Assembly: GCA_041494645.1 (NCBI GenBank)
Contig: JBGQBD010000003.1
Coordinates: forward strand, 1-59,134
Direction: 5' to 3'
Origin: Candidatus Limnocylindria bacterium
GTDB taxonomy: Bacteria; Chloroflexota; Limnocylindria; Limnocylindrales; CSP1-4
Length of the DNA: 59,134 bases
In this document: one piece after another, positions 17,752 to 27,606 of the stretch
Layout: each line of letters begins with the position of its first letter
Position numbering within the stretch: the first letter of the stretch is position 1
Notes under the pieces: generated by a model
What the model saw: only the letters and a program-made list of their open reading frames with translations
Databases searched by the model: none
Told to the model about the DNA's origin: nothing
Position numbers and translations under genes: made by a program

Positions 17752-18491
17752 GTTCGATTGACTACTCCGGACCGGAGAGGCGCCGGCCGGGGCCATCTAG
17801 CCGCACGGGAGAAAGGACCACGATTCTGCTGGTCGACGATCACGCCCTCTTCCGCGTCGGTGTACGCAACATCCTGGAGCGAGAGCCCGGGTTCGACATC
17901 GTCGGCGAAGCGGACGACACCCGCGGCGCGTTCGATCTGTCGGTCCAGCTGTCGCCGGACATCATCCTCATGGATCTGTCGCTGCCTGCCCCCGGCGGCA
18001 TCGAGACGACCCAGCGAATCAAGCGCGAACTGCCGTCGGCCGGGATCATCGTTCTGGCCGTCAACGAAGACGAGGATGCCCTCTTCGACGCCATCAAGGC
18101 CGGCGCGGCCGCCTTCATCCTCAAGGACGTGGCGCCGGACGACCTGGTCGCGATAATCCGTCGCGTCGCCAGCGGCGAGTACCTGATCAACGACAAGGTG
18201 TTCGCCAAGCCCGCCGTCGCCAGCCGGGTCCTCAAGGAGTTCCGCGAGCTGGCTATCTACGGCCAGGAAGCGGCCCCAGTCTTCGCGCCCCTCTCGCCGC
18301 GCGAAGTGGAGATCCTGGACAACATCGCCCAGGGCATGACCAACAAGCAGGTAGCCTACGCCCTGTCGATCAGCGAGCAGACCGTCAAGAACCACATGTC
18401 CAGCATCCTGCGCAAGCTCAGCGTGAACGACCGGACCCAGGCCGTCGTCTACGCCATGCGCCAGGGCTGGATCCGCATGCCCGAGGACTGA
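17748..18491 (+). CDS. NarL/DegU family response regulator
   Basis: LVDDH, ILMD, LSPREVEIL, GMTNKQVA, TVKNHMSSILRKL. Confidence 0.95.
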   Translation: MSSIDYSGPERRRPGPSSRTGERTTILLVDDHALFRVGVRNILEREPGFDIVGEADDTRGAFDLSVQLSPDIILMDLSLPAPGGIETTQRIKRELPSAGIIVLAVNEDEDALFDAIKAGAAAFILKDVAPDDLVAIIRRVASGEYLINDKVFAKPAVASRVLKEFRELAIYGQEAAPVFAPLSPREVEILDNIAQGMTNKQVAYALSISEQTVKNHMSSILRKLSVNDRTQAVVYAMRQGWIRMPED

Positions 18492-18498
18492 GCCGCCC

Positions 18499-19665
18499 GT
18501 GGCCATCGAACCGCTGCCGCTCCCCCTTCTCGAAATCGCGGAGCGGGCCAGGCGTGAGGTGGACCTCCTGTCACGGGAGATCGCCGAGATCGAGGTGCTC
18601 GCTCAGCAGGCCCGCACGGAGGCGAGCCGGCACGAGCAGAAGCGCGCCCAGGCCGCGGAGAAGCTCAAACCCGCGGGCCCGGATGCCAAGCCCGGGGAAC
18701 GTGACCAGACCGACCAGCTCGTAGCCTTGACCAAGCGCTCGGTCATCATGGAAGCCCAGGTCGACATCCTCGAGGGCCAGCTCAAGATCCTGACCCGCTT
18801 CCGGGAGAGCCTGCGCCGCTATGGCGCCGAGCTGGACCGGGCGTCGATGGGCGGGGCAGTGCCACAGCACACGCTAGAGAAGCTGGACACTAGCACGCCG
18901 CTTCCACCGGCAGTCTCGCGGCTCGTCCTGGCGGCCCAGGAAGATCTGCGCCGGGAAATCGCGCGGGCCATGCACGACGGTCCAGCCCAGAGCCTGACGA
19001 ACATCGTCCTTCAGGCCCAGATCGTGGAGCGCCTGCTGGATCGCGATCCGGCCGCGGCCAAGACGGAGATCGCCCAGCTGGTGGCAATGGTCCAGCACAC
19101 CCTCGACGCCACCAAGACGTTCATTTTCGACGTGCGACCCATGGTCCTGGACGACCTGGGGCTCGTGCCCACTCTTCGGCGAGTGGCGCGGGATCGCGGA
19201 CGTCAGTCGCAGATTCCCATCGAGTTCGAGTCGTACGGCAACGATCGCCGCCTGCCCATGGACGTCGAGAGCGCCCTCTTCCGCATCATCGATGAGACCG
19301 TGACGGGCTTCCTATCGTGCCATCCGGATCGGATATCCATCCGCTTGGAGTGGGCCGAGAAGACCGAGGCTCGAATCTCCGCCAGGCGAGAGGGCATCGC
19401 AGAGGTGCAAGAGGTTGAAGTCGATGCCCCGTTGCTGTCGGACAAGCGCGGCAAGGCGTCGGGGCAGGACATCCCCGAGGCGCTCAGAGCGATGATCGAC
19501 GAGACGCGCGCAGCCAAGGTAGCGCGCGCGGCCCGGGCCAATCAGCCGCCGGCCTTGCCGCCCAACACGTGGCGCGAGATCCAGCAGCGCGCGGACACGA
19601 TCGGTGTCACGGCCGAGCTCGCGGACGAGGGCCGGGAGGTCGTCCTCGTCCTGGCCACGAATTGA
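18499..19665 (+). CDS. HisKA_3 protein with degenerate ATPase domain
   Basis: REIARAMHDGPAQ and RPMVLDDLGL are present; N-box Asn and DxGxG are not recognisable. Confidence 0.85.
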   Translation: MAIEPLPLPLLEIAERARREVDLLSREIAEIEVLAQQARTEASRHEQKRAQAAEKLKPAGPDAKPGERDQTDQLVALTKRSVIMEAQVDILEGQLKILTRFRESLRRYGAELDRASMGGAVPQHTLEKLDTSTPLPPAVSRLVLAAQEDLRREIARAMHDGPAQSLTNIVLQAQIVERLLDRDPAAAKTEIAQLVAMVQHTLDATKTFIFDVRPMVLDDLGLVPTLRRVARDRGRQSQIPIEFESYGNDRRLPMDVESALFRIIDETVTGFLSCHPDRISIRLEWAEKTEARISARREGIAEVQEVEVDAPLLSDKRGKASGQDIPEALRAMIDETRAAKVARAARANQPPALPPNTWREIQQRADTIGVTAELADEGREVVLVLATN

Positions 19666-19766
19666 ACGCCGGTTCGTCGGCACTGGGTCCGAGGCCTGGG
19701 TCGGAGTTCACCCTTGGCGAGCCCCGGGGCGAGCGGCCGCCCGTGCCGGAGGCCGGGCGGACGCAT

Positions 19767-19913
19767 ATGATGCGGGCCAATCACCAGTCAGGTCAGGGCC
19801 TGATCGAGTACGGCCTGATCCTCGCCTTGATGGCCGTGGTCTGCGCGGTGTCGCTGCTCTTCTTCGGCGACCAGCTATCGTCTCTGCTGAGTCTGATCGC
19901 ATCGGCCGTGTGA
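19767..19913 (+). CDS. flp: Flp family type IVb pilin 1
   Basis: GQGLIEYGLILAL Flp motif, 48 aa. Confidence 0.88.
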   Translation: MMRANHQSGQGLIEYGLILALMAVVCAVSLLFFGDQLSSLLSLIASAV

Positions 19914-20118
19914 TCGCCGGCGCTCGGCCGGCCGGGGCCCGTTTCCGCCCGGACCGTTGCCACGTCGCACCGACTTCGTAGCCGAACCCGCGAATCCGGG
20001 CCTGAAAGATGCGCCTGTGTGCGGTCCCATTACCATCTTGCTAGTGGCGCCGGAGAGACCCGCCTCCAAGAATGGTGACATCCCTCCCTTTGGAGGCGCT
20101 CTCATCAGGAGGCCATCG

Positions 20119-20262
20119 ATGCTCATCCGGTCCGAGAAGGGCCAGGGCCTTGCCGAATACGCCCTGATCCTCGCACTCATCGCCATCGCCGCAGTCGCCG
20201 CCCTCATGTTCCTGAGCGGCACCATCCAGAGCATCCTCAGCACAATCGGCGCCGCGCTGTAA
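20119..20262 (+). CDS. flp: Flp family type IVb pilin 2
   Basis: GQGLAEYALILAL, AGGAGG RBS, 47 aa. Confidence 0.93.
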   Translation: MLIRSEKGQGLAEYALILALIAIAAVAALMFLSGTIQSILSTIGAAL

Positions 20263-20281
20263 CAACTCAGCTGCGACAAGA

Positions 20282-20318
20282 GAGCGGGCCGCGCCTCGGG
20301 CGCGGCCCGCTCATTTTT
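20282..20318 (+). terminator. Intrinsic terminator after pilin 2
   Basis: GAGCGGGCCGCGCC-TCG-GGCGCGGCCCGCTC followed by ATTTTT. Confidence 0.88.
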
Positions 20319-20466
20319 CGTGGCGATGGAAGAGGCCGGCTGGTCGCGGACGGATACAGCCGACCCACAGGCTACGGCCCGGGCTACGGCGCTGCTCCTA
20401 ACCACCCCGGAGCTGGTGATCTGGGCTAAGGCAACCCGGTCATCCGTCCTACAAGACCTAGCCCAT

Positions 20467-20475
20467 TGGTATAGT
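20467..20475 (+). promoter_or_regulatory. Extended -10 promoter for the cpaB operon
   Basis: TGGTATAGT about 65 nt upstream of the cpaB start. Confidence 0.5.
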
Positions 20476-20539
20476 CGCAGTTAGGTCGGCCGCAAGGCTA
20501 CCGTGGTGCCACCTGTCACACGTGCTCGGGAGTGTCGTC

Positions 20540-21514
20540 GTGAAACGATCGAACCGGTTGATCATCCTGCTCGGGATCTTCCTGGCCGTCATAGGCGGCC
20601 TGGGAACGATGGTCGTCCTCAACAGCAGTAGCGGCGGCGGCGGCATCGGCGGCTCGTCCGCCACACCTACCCCCACCGCCGAGCCGGTGACCACCGTCGT
20701 GATCGCCAAGACGGACATCAATCTCGGCGACAAGATCACCGCCGCCATGGTCGGTGTCACGAAGATGACGATCTCCCAACAGGAGGCCCTGGGCACTGAC
20801 ACGTTCTCTGACGTCAATCAGGTCATCGGCCGGATCGCAGGAGGCAAGATCACGACCGGCCAGGTGCTGGTGGCCAGTCGAGACTTCCTCTCCCCCGGGA
20901 CCATGGCCGACGGTCAGGACATCGCCGGAGCGGTCGCGTCTGGGATGATCGCCGTGTCGATGGAGGTCGACCAGGTGAACGGCGTGGGAACGCTGCTCGT
21001 GCCCGGCGACCACGTGGACGTCGTCCTGAGCGTCTGGATGGACCAGCTCGGGATCTCGGGTGGCAAGACCGCGGGCGGCTCCTCCCTGGAAATCAAGAGC
21101 GGCACCCAGGTCACCACCAAGATGGTGATCCAGAACCGCAAGATCCTGGCCACCCTCCTGCCGCCGCCAGACACCACCACCAGCAATGCCACCGCCGCGC
21201 CAAAGGGTTCGGCTGGCCCGGCCCCCAAGGCCACGGCGGCGCTGGTCCAGAACACCGGACGGCACATGATGGTCATCCTGGAGGTCAAGCCGGACGAAGC
21301 GGAGATCCTGCGCTGGGCGCAGCGAGAGGAGAAGACGGACCCCCAGAACTACATCGACCTGTCGCTCGCGCTTAGGTCGGACCAGGACAACGAACTGCCC
21401 AACGCCAACACGCCGGGCATCACCTTCAAGATGCTCGTGGACAAGTACGGTGTCCTGCCGCCCGACCCGCGGGCCGTCCTGCCGCCCGACATTGCCCGGG
21501 GCATCTCGTGGTAG
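20540..21514 (+). CDS. cpaB: Flp pilus assembly protein CpaB/RcpC
   Basis: N-terminal TM, SAF-like VVIAKTDINLG, GVGTLLVPGDHVDV, LSLALRS. Tad context. Confidence 0.9.
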   Translation: MKRSNRLIILLGIFLAVIGGLGTMVVLNSSSGGGGIGGSSATPTPTAEPVTTVVIAKTDINLGDKITAAMVGVTKMTISQQEALGTDTFSDVNQVIGRIAGGKITTGQVLVASRDFLSPGTMADGQDIAGAVASGMIAVSMEVDQVNGVGTLLVPGDHVDVVLSVWMDQLGISGGKTAGGSSLEIKSGTQVTTKMVIQNRKILATLLPPPDTTTSNATAAPKGSAGPAPKATAALVQNTGRHMMVILEVKPDEAEILRWAQREEKTDPQNYIDLSLALRSDQDNELPNANTPGITFKMLVDKYGVLPPDPRAVLPPDIARGISW

Positions 21515-21598
21515 AACGCTCCGCCGGCTCGCGGCGAAGCAAACGGCGAGAGGCCGAATCCATCGGCCTCTCCCGACAACTGGAAGCGACCGAGTTCG

Positions 21599-22825
21599 AT
21601 GACTGACCGCATCCGAGTTCTCATCGTCGACGACATCCCTGAAACCCGCGACCATCTCGCCAAGCTGCTCGGCTTCGAGTCGGATGTCGAGGTGATCGGG
21701 ACCGCCTCATCGGGCGCCGAGGCTATCGAGCAGGCGACCAAGCTGCTTCCCGATGTCGTCCTGATGGACATCAACATGCCCGACATGGACGGCATCGCGG
21801 CCACGGAGCGGCTTTCGACCCAGGTGCCGAGCGCCTCGGTCGTCATGATGTCCGTCCAGGGGGAGGCCGACTACCTCCGCCGTTCGATGCTCGCCGGTGC
21901 TCGAGAGTTCCTCGTCAAGCCGTTCAGCAGCGACGAGCTCACGGCTTCGATACGACAGGTCCATGCGCGCGAGCGCGAAAAGGTCGAGCGCGCCGCGGTT
22001 GTCGCCGCGCGCCCCCAGAGCGTGGCCGAAGGGCAGGTCGTGGCCGTCTTCAGCCCAAAGGGCGGTGTGGGCCGAACCACGATCGCCGTCAACCTGGCCG
22101 TGGCTGCGGCCTCGGAGCTGGGCAAGAAGGTGACTCTCGTCGACGGCTCGTTCCAGTTCGGGGACGTGGCCGTGCTGCTGAACCTGAACCCTAAAGACAA
22201 GTCGATGTCGCATCTCCTGCCGGAGCTCGAGGCGGGAGGCGATCCGGATGCCGTCGAGACGTTCACGCTGAACCACTCGTCCGGCATCCGCGCCCTCCTG
22301 GCGCCCGCGTCGCCGGAGATGGCCGAGCTCATCACCCCGGCCGGGGTCAAGCACGTCATCGAGATCCTTCGCCAGCGCAACGATCTGGTCGTAGTCGATT
22401 GCGCCGCGTGGTTCAACGACACCACGCTGGGCATCCTGGACTTGGCCGATGTTGTGCTGACGGTGCTGACGCTCGAGATCACCAGCATCAAGAACATACG
22501 GCTCTTCCTGGAAGTGGCCGAGAAGCTGGGCTACTCGCACAAGGTCCGGCTCGTCCTGAACCGCGCCGACACGACGCTGGGCATCCGGGTCGCCGATGTC
22601 GAGCACTCGATCGGCCGCAAGGTCGACTACACCATCGTCAGCGACGGACGAGCCGTCGTCTACGCCCTCAACAGGGGCGTTCCTTTCGTCTTGAGCAACC
22701 GGGAGAGCCAGGTCTCCCAGGACGTATTTCGTCTGGCAACATCGATAGTCGGAAGCCAAGCAGCGCGCCAAGAGGAAGGCAGCAAGGCGCCCCAGAAGGG
22801 GAAGTCCCTCTTCGCGTGGAGATAG
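21599..22825 (+). CDS. cpaE: CpaE/TadZ: receiver domain + MinD-like ATPase
   Basis: IVDD, LMDINMP, FSPKGGVGRTT, QFGDV, LVLNR. Confidence 0.92.
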   Translation: MTDRIRVLIVDDIPETRDHLAKLLGFESDVEVIGTASSGAEAIEQATKLLPDVVLMDINMPDMDGIAATERLSTQVPSASVVMMSVQGEADYLRRSMLAGAREFLVKPFSSDELTASIRQVHAREREKVERAAVVAARPQSVAEGQVVAVFSPKGGVGRTTIAVNLAVAAASELGKKVTLVDGSFQFGDVAVLLNLNPKDKSMSHLLPELEAGGDPDAVETFTLNHSSGIRALLAPASPEMAELITPAGVKHVIEILRQRNDLVVVDCAAWFNDTTLGILDLADVVLTVLTLEITSIKNIRLFLEVAEKLGYSHKVRLVLNRADTTLGIRVADVEHSIGRKVDYTIVSDGRAVVYALNRGVPFVLSNRESQVSQDVFRLATSIVGSQAARQEEGSKAPQKGKSLFAWR

Positions 22826-22857
22826 ATGCCCGGCGGGGCCGATAAGGGGTGTAGGCG

Positions 22858-24255
22858 ATGTCCCTTCTGAAGCGAATCGAGAGCGCCCATCCGGGCGTGG
22901 CTCCGGGAGACCCTAGCGGGCCCGCGACTGCGCCGCCAGGTTCTCCTGGAATGTCCGGTGCGGGTGGGCAGCGGCCGCCCACCCAGGCTCCAGTCCGGGA
23001 ATCCCTCCGCGAGGTCAAGTTCCGGATTCAGTCCCGAGTGATTCAGGACCTGGACCCCAAGCTCGATCTGACCAACCAGGTCGAGGTCCGCCGTCAGATC
23101 GAGGAGATCTTCGGCCGCGTCATCGACGAGGAGGGCCTGGCCCTCACCCGCGCCGAGCGCGTCCGCATGCTCGAGCAGATCACGGACGAGATCATCGGTC
23201 TCGGTCCGCTCGAGCCGCTCCTCCGCGACGAGACCGTCACTGAAATCATGGTCAACGGCCCGCGCCAGGTCTACATCGAGCGCAGCGGCCGCCTGGAACT
23301 GACCAACGTCGTCTTCCAGAACGACGACCACGTCATGCGAATCATCGATCGGATCATCGCCCCGATCGGACGCCGCATCGACGAGTCGAGCCCGATGGTC
23401 GACGCACGCCTGACCGACGGCTCCCGGGTCAACGCGATCATCCCACCGCTGTCCCTGGTCGGACCCGTGATCACCGTCCGGAAGTTCGCGGCCTCACCGT
23501 TCACGGTGGACGACCTGATCCGGTTCGGCACGGCGACGCCGGAGATGTTCGACTTCCTGCGGGCATGCGTGGAAGCTCGCCTCAACATCTTCGTGTCGGG
23601 CGGCACCGGCTCCGGCAAGACCACGACCCTGAACGTGCTCTCGTCCTTCATTCCGAACGACGAGCGGATCATCACCGTCGAGGACGCCGCGGAACTCCAG
23701 CTCCGCCAGGAGCACGTGGTCACGCTCGAGTCGCGGCCGCCGAACATCGAAGGCCACGGCGCCATTCCGATCCGCGAGCTCGTCAGGAACTGCCTCCGTA
23801 TGCGGCCCGACCGGATCATCGTCGGCGAGTGCCGAGGCGGCGAAGCGCTCGACATGCTCCAGGCCATGAACACCGGCCACGACGGCTCGATGTCCACCGG
23901 CCATGCCAACAGCCCGCGGGACATGCTCTCCCGACTCGAGACGATGGTCCTCATGGCCGGCGTCGACCTGCCGCTGCGGGCCATTCGCGAACAAATCTCG
24001 TCCGCGGTCGACCTCATCGTCCATCAGTCACGCCTGAAGGACGGCTCGCGCCGCATCGAGTTCATCACCGAGGTCCAGGGCATGGAAGGCGACATCGTCG
24101 TCATGCAGGATGTCTTCCTGTTCGAGCAAACCGGCGTCGTCGATGGCAAGATCCAGGGCGTGCTCCGGCCAACTGGCATCCGACCCAAGTTCGTGGAGAA
24201 GTTCGAGGTCATGGGCATCCACCTGCCGCGCGGCCTGTTCGGCTTCGCATACTGA
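22858..24255 (+). CDS. cpaF: Tad pilus ATPase CpaF/TadA
   Basis: GLGPLEPLL, GGTGSGKTT, EDAAEL, LRMRPDRIIVGE, MNTGHDG. Confidence 0.97.
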   Translation: MSLLKRIESAHPGVAPGDPSGPATAPPGSPGMSGAGGQRPPTQAPVRESLREVKFRIQSRVIQDLDPKLDLTNQVEVRRQIEEIFGRVIDEEGLALTRAERVRMLEQITDEIIGLGPLEPLLRDETVTEIMVNGPRQVYIERSGRLELTNVVFQNDDHVMRIIDRIIAPIGRRIDESSPMVDARLTDGSRVNAIIPPLSLVGPVITVRKFAASPFTVDDLIRFGTATPEMFDFLRACVEARLNIFVSGGTGSGKTTTLNVLSSFIPNDERIITVEDAAELQLRQEHVVTLESRPPNIEGHGAIPIRELVRNCLRMRPDRIIVGECRGGEALDMLQAMNTGHDGSMSTGHANSPRDMLSRLETMVLMAGVDLPLRAIREQISSAVDLIVHQSRLKDGSRRIEFITEVQGMEGDIVVMQDVFLFEQTGVVDGKIQGVLRPTGIRPKFVEKFEVMGIHLPRGLFGFAY

Positions 24256-24275
24256 TCGAGGCGGGGAGAGGCGAC

Positions 24276-25292
24276 ATGATTACGGTCATCCTCGGGCTGC
24301 TGGTAGGCTCCGGCATCATGTTGTTCGTGCTCGGCCTGACACGCTCGGGCGGCCGCGCCGGGCTCAGCGCCCGCCTGGAGCGGTACGCCGCCGGCCGGAA
24401 CGAGGTCACGGCGGCCTCGACTGGGACCGCACAGCAGCCCGGCATCGGCGAAATCCTCAGCTCGAGCGTCGCTCTGGCTCGGCTCAATCGCGTGGTGGAG
24501 CAGCGCGACTTCGGCGCCAGCCTCGCCCGAGACATCGCCCGCGCGGACCTCAAGCTCAAGCCGGGCGAGTTCATGGCAATGTGGGGCGTGACGATTCTGA
24601 CCGTCCCCTTCCTCTTCTTCGTCGTGGGCTTCGTGCTGACTCCGCTCCAGACACCCATCGCCCTGCTCATCGGCGCCGCCGTAGGCTTCTTCCTGCCGCG
24701 CATGTGGCTGGCTCGACGCCGCGACGCTCGTTTGAACGCCTTCAACAAGCAACTCCCCGACACCATCACCCTGATCGCGAACTCGCTTCGGGCCGGATCG
24801 TCGTTCCTGCAGGCGATCGAGATGGTGGTCCGGGAGGCGCAACCGCCGATGACCGTGGAGTTCGGTCGGGTGATTCGGGAGGTCAATCTTGGCCTCGCCT
24901 TCGACCCGGCCATGGACAACATGGTCCGCCGCGTACGTTCGGACGACCTCGAGCTGATGGCGACGGCCATCACCATTCAGCACCAGGTCGGCGGTAACCT
25001 CGCCGAGGTCCTGGACTCAATCGCGTTCACAATTCGCGAACGCGTCCGGATCAAGGGCGAGATCCGCACCCTCACGGCCCAGCAACGGCTCTCGGGCTAC
25101 GTCGTCGCCGGTATGCCGATCGCGCTGGTTGGCATTCTGTTCGTGATCGCCCCATCGTTCATGCAGCCTATGTTCGAGAATCCGCCGGGCATCCTCGGAT
25201 TGCCAGCCGGCCTCATCATCCTCATGATGGGCGGGTTCTTCATGTTCATCGGGTTCATGCTGATCCGGCGCATCGTCGCCATCGAGGTCTGA
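24276..25292 (+). CDS. tadB: TadB (type II secretion F family)
   Basis: QLPDTITLIANSLRAG, VGGNLAEVLD, IRERVRIKGEIRTLTAQ. Confidence 0.93.
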   Translation: MITVILGLLVGSGIMLFVLGLTRSGGRAGLSARLERYAAGRNEVTAASTGTAQQPGIGEILSSSVALARLNRVVEQRDFGASLARDIARADLKLKPGEFMAMWGVTILTVPFLFFVVGFVLTPLQTPIALLIGAAVGFFLPRMWLARRRDARLNAFNKQLPDTITLIANSLRAGSSFLQAIEMVVREAQPPMTVEFGRVIREVNLGLAFDPAMDNMVRRVRSDDLELMATAITIQHQVGGNLAEVLDSIAFTIRERVRIKGEIRTLTAQQRLSGYVVAGMPIALVGILFVIAPSFMQPMFENPPGILGLPAGLIILMMGGFFMFIGFMLIRRIVAIEV

Positions 25293-25295
25293 GCG

Positions 25296-26225
25296 ATGCT
25301 CATCTACGTCCTCCCCGTCCTCGTTTGTGGCGGCATCCTGCTTCTCGTCCTCGGGCTGGCCGGCGGCTCGCCCGTCGATCCCGTCCAGGCCCGCCTGACC
25401 CAGCTCGGCTCGACTCAGGCGAAGAACCTCGAGGAACTCGAACTCCAGCAACCGTTCAGCGAGCGGACGTTGCGCCCTCTCATCGCCCGTGTCTCGAGGA
25501 TGGGCGGACGGCTGACGAGCGCCTCTTCGGCCGACACGGTCGAGAAGCGACTCGCCATGGCGGGCAATCCGGGCGATCTCAAACTCACCGACTGGATGGG
25601 CGTGAAGATACTGGCGGCCATCGTGACTGGCGTGCTCCTGTTCCTGCTCATCGGGCTTCTGACCACCAGCGTCGTGCCCGCGATCATGCTCGGCCTGGTT
25701 GGCTTCTTCATCGGCTATCTGCTGCCGGAGTTCTGGCTGGGCAACAAGATCAAGGCCCGCCAGAAGGTCATCCTCAGGATGATCCCGGACACGCTCGACC
25801 TGCTGACCATCTCGGTGCGCGCTGGACTCGGCTTCGACGCAGCCCTGGCGAAGGTCGTCGAGAAGCTGCCCGGACCGCTGAGCGAGGAGTTTCGGCGGGC
25901 GCTCGCCGAGGTGCGCGCCGGCAAGACCCGGCGCGCGGCCCTGCGAGACATGGTGCCGCGGACCAACGTCCCGCCGCTCTCGAACTTCATCGGCGCGATC
26001 ATCCAGGCGGAGCAGCTGGGCGTCTCGATCTCGAAGGTCCTGCAGGTCCAGTCCGAGCAGCTCCGTATCGAGCGGCGCCAGCGCGCCGAGGAGACGGCTG
26101 CCCGGGCGCCGATCAAGATGCTCTTCCCGCTGGTGGGCTGCATCTTCCCGTCGCTCTTCATCGTCATCCTGGGGCCGGCGATCATAGCCATCGTCAAGGC
26201 AATGGGTTCGGGCGCCATCCCGTGA
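25296..26225 (+). CDS. tadC: TadC (type II secretion F family)
   Basis: PDTLDLLTISVRAGLGFD, KMLFPLVGCIFP. Confidence 0.93.
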   Translation: MLIYVLPVLVCGGILLLVLGLAGGSPVDPVQARLTQLGSTQAKNLEELELQQPFSERTLRPLIARVSRMGGRLTSASSADTVEKRLAMAGNPGDLKLTDWMGVKILAAIVTGVLLFLLIGLLTTSVVPAIMLGLVGFFIGYLLPEFWLGNKIKARQKVILRMIPDTLDLLTISVRAGLGFDAALAKVVEKLPGPLSEEFRRALAEVRAGKTRRAALRDMVPRTNVPPLSNFIGAIIQAEQLGVSISKVLQVQSEQLRIERRQRAEETAARAPIKMLFPLVGCIFPSLFIVILGPAIIAIVKAMGSGAIP

Positions 26226-26608
26226 GTCGGCGGCGGCTGGTGGCTCGCAACATCAGCCGTGGGACCCAAATCGCCGAGCGGCTGGAGGACGGCTCTTCCT
26301 TCTGGGCCAAGTTGACGGGCCTCATGGGCCGGGCGGCGCTGCCAGTCGACGAAGGGCTGTGGCTCCCCGGCGAGAACGGCATCCACATGCTGTTCATGAG
26401 GTTTCCGATAGATGCCCTCTTCGTGGCACCGCCATCGGGCGGTGACGACGGCCCCAGGCGCGTGCTGGCTCTGCGCCGTGCTTTGCCGCCGTGGCGGGGC
26501 GTGGTCTGGCGGGTTGGCGGCGCAAGGGGTGTCGTGGAGTTGCCGATCGGAACGATCGAGGCATCCGGAACCGTCGTCGGCGACGAGATCTACATCGGGC
26601 TGCCCTGA
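26222..26608 (+). CDS. DUF192 family protein
   Basis: GLMGR, IHMLFMRFPID, VVELP. GTGA overlap with tadC. Confidence 0.85.
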   Translation: MSRRRLVARNISRGTQIAERLEDGSSFWAKLTGLMGRAALPVDEGLWLPGENGIHMLFMRFPIDALFVAPPSGGDDGPRRVLALRRALPPWRGVVWRVGGARGVVELPIGTIEASGTVVGDEIYIGLP

Positions 26609-26609
26609 T

Positions 26610-26639
26610 CGCGGCGCGGCGCGGCGCGGCGCGGCGCGG
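26610..26639. repeat. (CGCGG)6 simple sequence repeat
   Basis: Six perfect pentamer copies right after the DUF192 stop. Confidence 0.9.
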
Positions 26640-26786
26640 TGGAGAATCGCGTTGGGCCACGTGCGGCCGCTCGGGCACCGGGTATGGCCCCGTCATCCGA
26701 GACGCGGCGACCCTTTGGCCCGTAGGCTCCTCGCGTGGTGATCCCCCGATACACGGCCGATAAGCCGGTGTCGCTAACCTCGCCGG

Positions 26787-27470
26787 ATGGTCTTGCGGGC
26801 TCCCCAATCGGTCGCGGCGTCGCTTCTGGACCTGGCCCTGCCGTCCGCCTGTCCCGGCTGCGGAGAGGAGGGAACGGCCCTGTGTGGCCCCTGCCGGAAG
26901 ACCCTGGAGGTGCGCCTGAGATTGCCGGCGGGAGTCCCGATAGGCCTGCCCGCGCCACTGCCGCTGCCGCTCATCCAGCTGGAGTGGTGCGCGCCGTTCT
27001 CGGGGGTGGTGAGAGCCGCCTTGCACCAGTTGAAGTATGGGGGCGAGAGAAGGCTTGCGGGACCGTTGGCCGCGGCGATGGCGGCGCGGTGGCTGGCCGC
27101 CGGCGCGGGTGGGGACGTGCTGGTTCCGGTCCCCGTCCACGCTCAGAGGGCGCGGCAGCGCGGCTACGATCAGGCAGCCCTGCTCGCCGCTGGAGTCTCC
27201 AGGGAGCTGGATCTGCCGTGGCGGGCGACGCTCGAGCGGGTTCGACGCACGTCGCCGCAGTTCGAGCTGGGCCGGCGGGCGCGCCGGGCGAACGTGGCCG
27301 GCGCCTTCGCGCCGCGAGACTCGAGGGAAGCGGCCGCCGTCGACGGGAAGTGGATCGTCCTCGTGGACGATGTTGTGACAACCGGATCGACCCTCGTAGC
27401 GTGCGCCGAGGCGCTCTACGATGCGGGGGCGAAGGCGGTGGCGGGTCTGACTGTGGCGCGCGAGCGCTGA
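26787..27470 (+). CDS. comF: ComF family protein (Zn finger + PRTase)
   Basis: CPGC/CGPC, LKY, RGYDQA, LVDDVVTTGST. Confidence 0.93.
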   Translation: MVLRAPQSVAASLLDLALPSACPGCGEEGTALCGPCRKTLEVRLRLPAGVPIGLPAPLPLPLIQLEWCAPFSGVVRAALHQLKYGGERRLAGPLAAAMAARWLAAGAGGDVLVPVPVHAQRARQRGYDQAALLAAGVSRELDLPWRATLERVRRTSPQFELGRRARRANVAGAFAPRDSREAAAVDGKWIVLVDDVVTTGSTLVACAEALYDAGAKAVAGLTVARER

Positions 27471-27606
27471 GCCGGAGACGGGCCGAATCCGGTCGCGGGA
27501 CCGGCTCCTATACTGGCCGCGTAGCAGCGGCCCATCTGAAAATGCCGGCCCTCGGGCGGGCCATGCGCCGCCCGAACACCGGCGAAACACGTTGCGGAGG
27601 TAAGCC

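Noticed and set aside
20320-21598. Possible c-di-GMP riboswitch in tad intergenic regions
   Set aside because: No GGCAAA...GAAA...GCAAAGC arrangement. The 21548-21572 element is a plain hairpin without a U tract.
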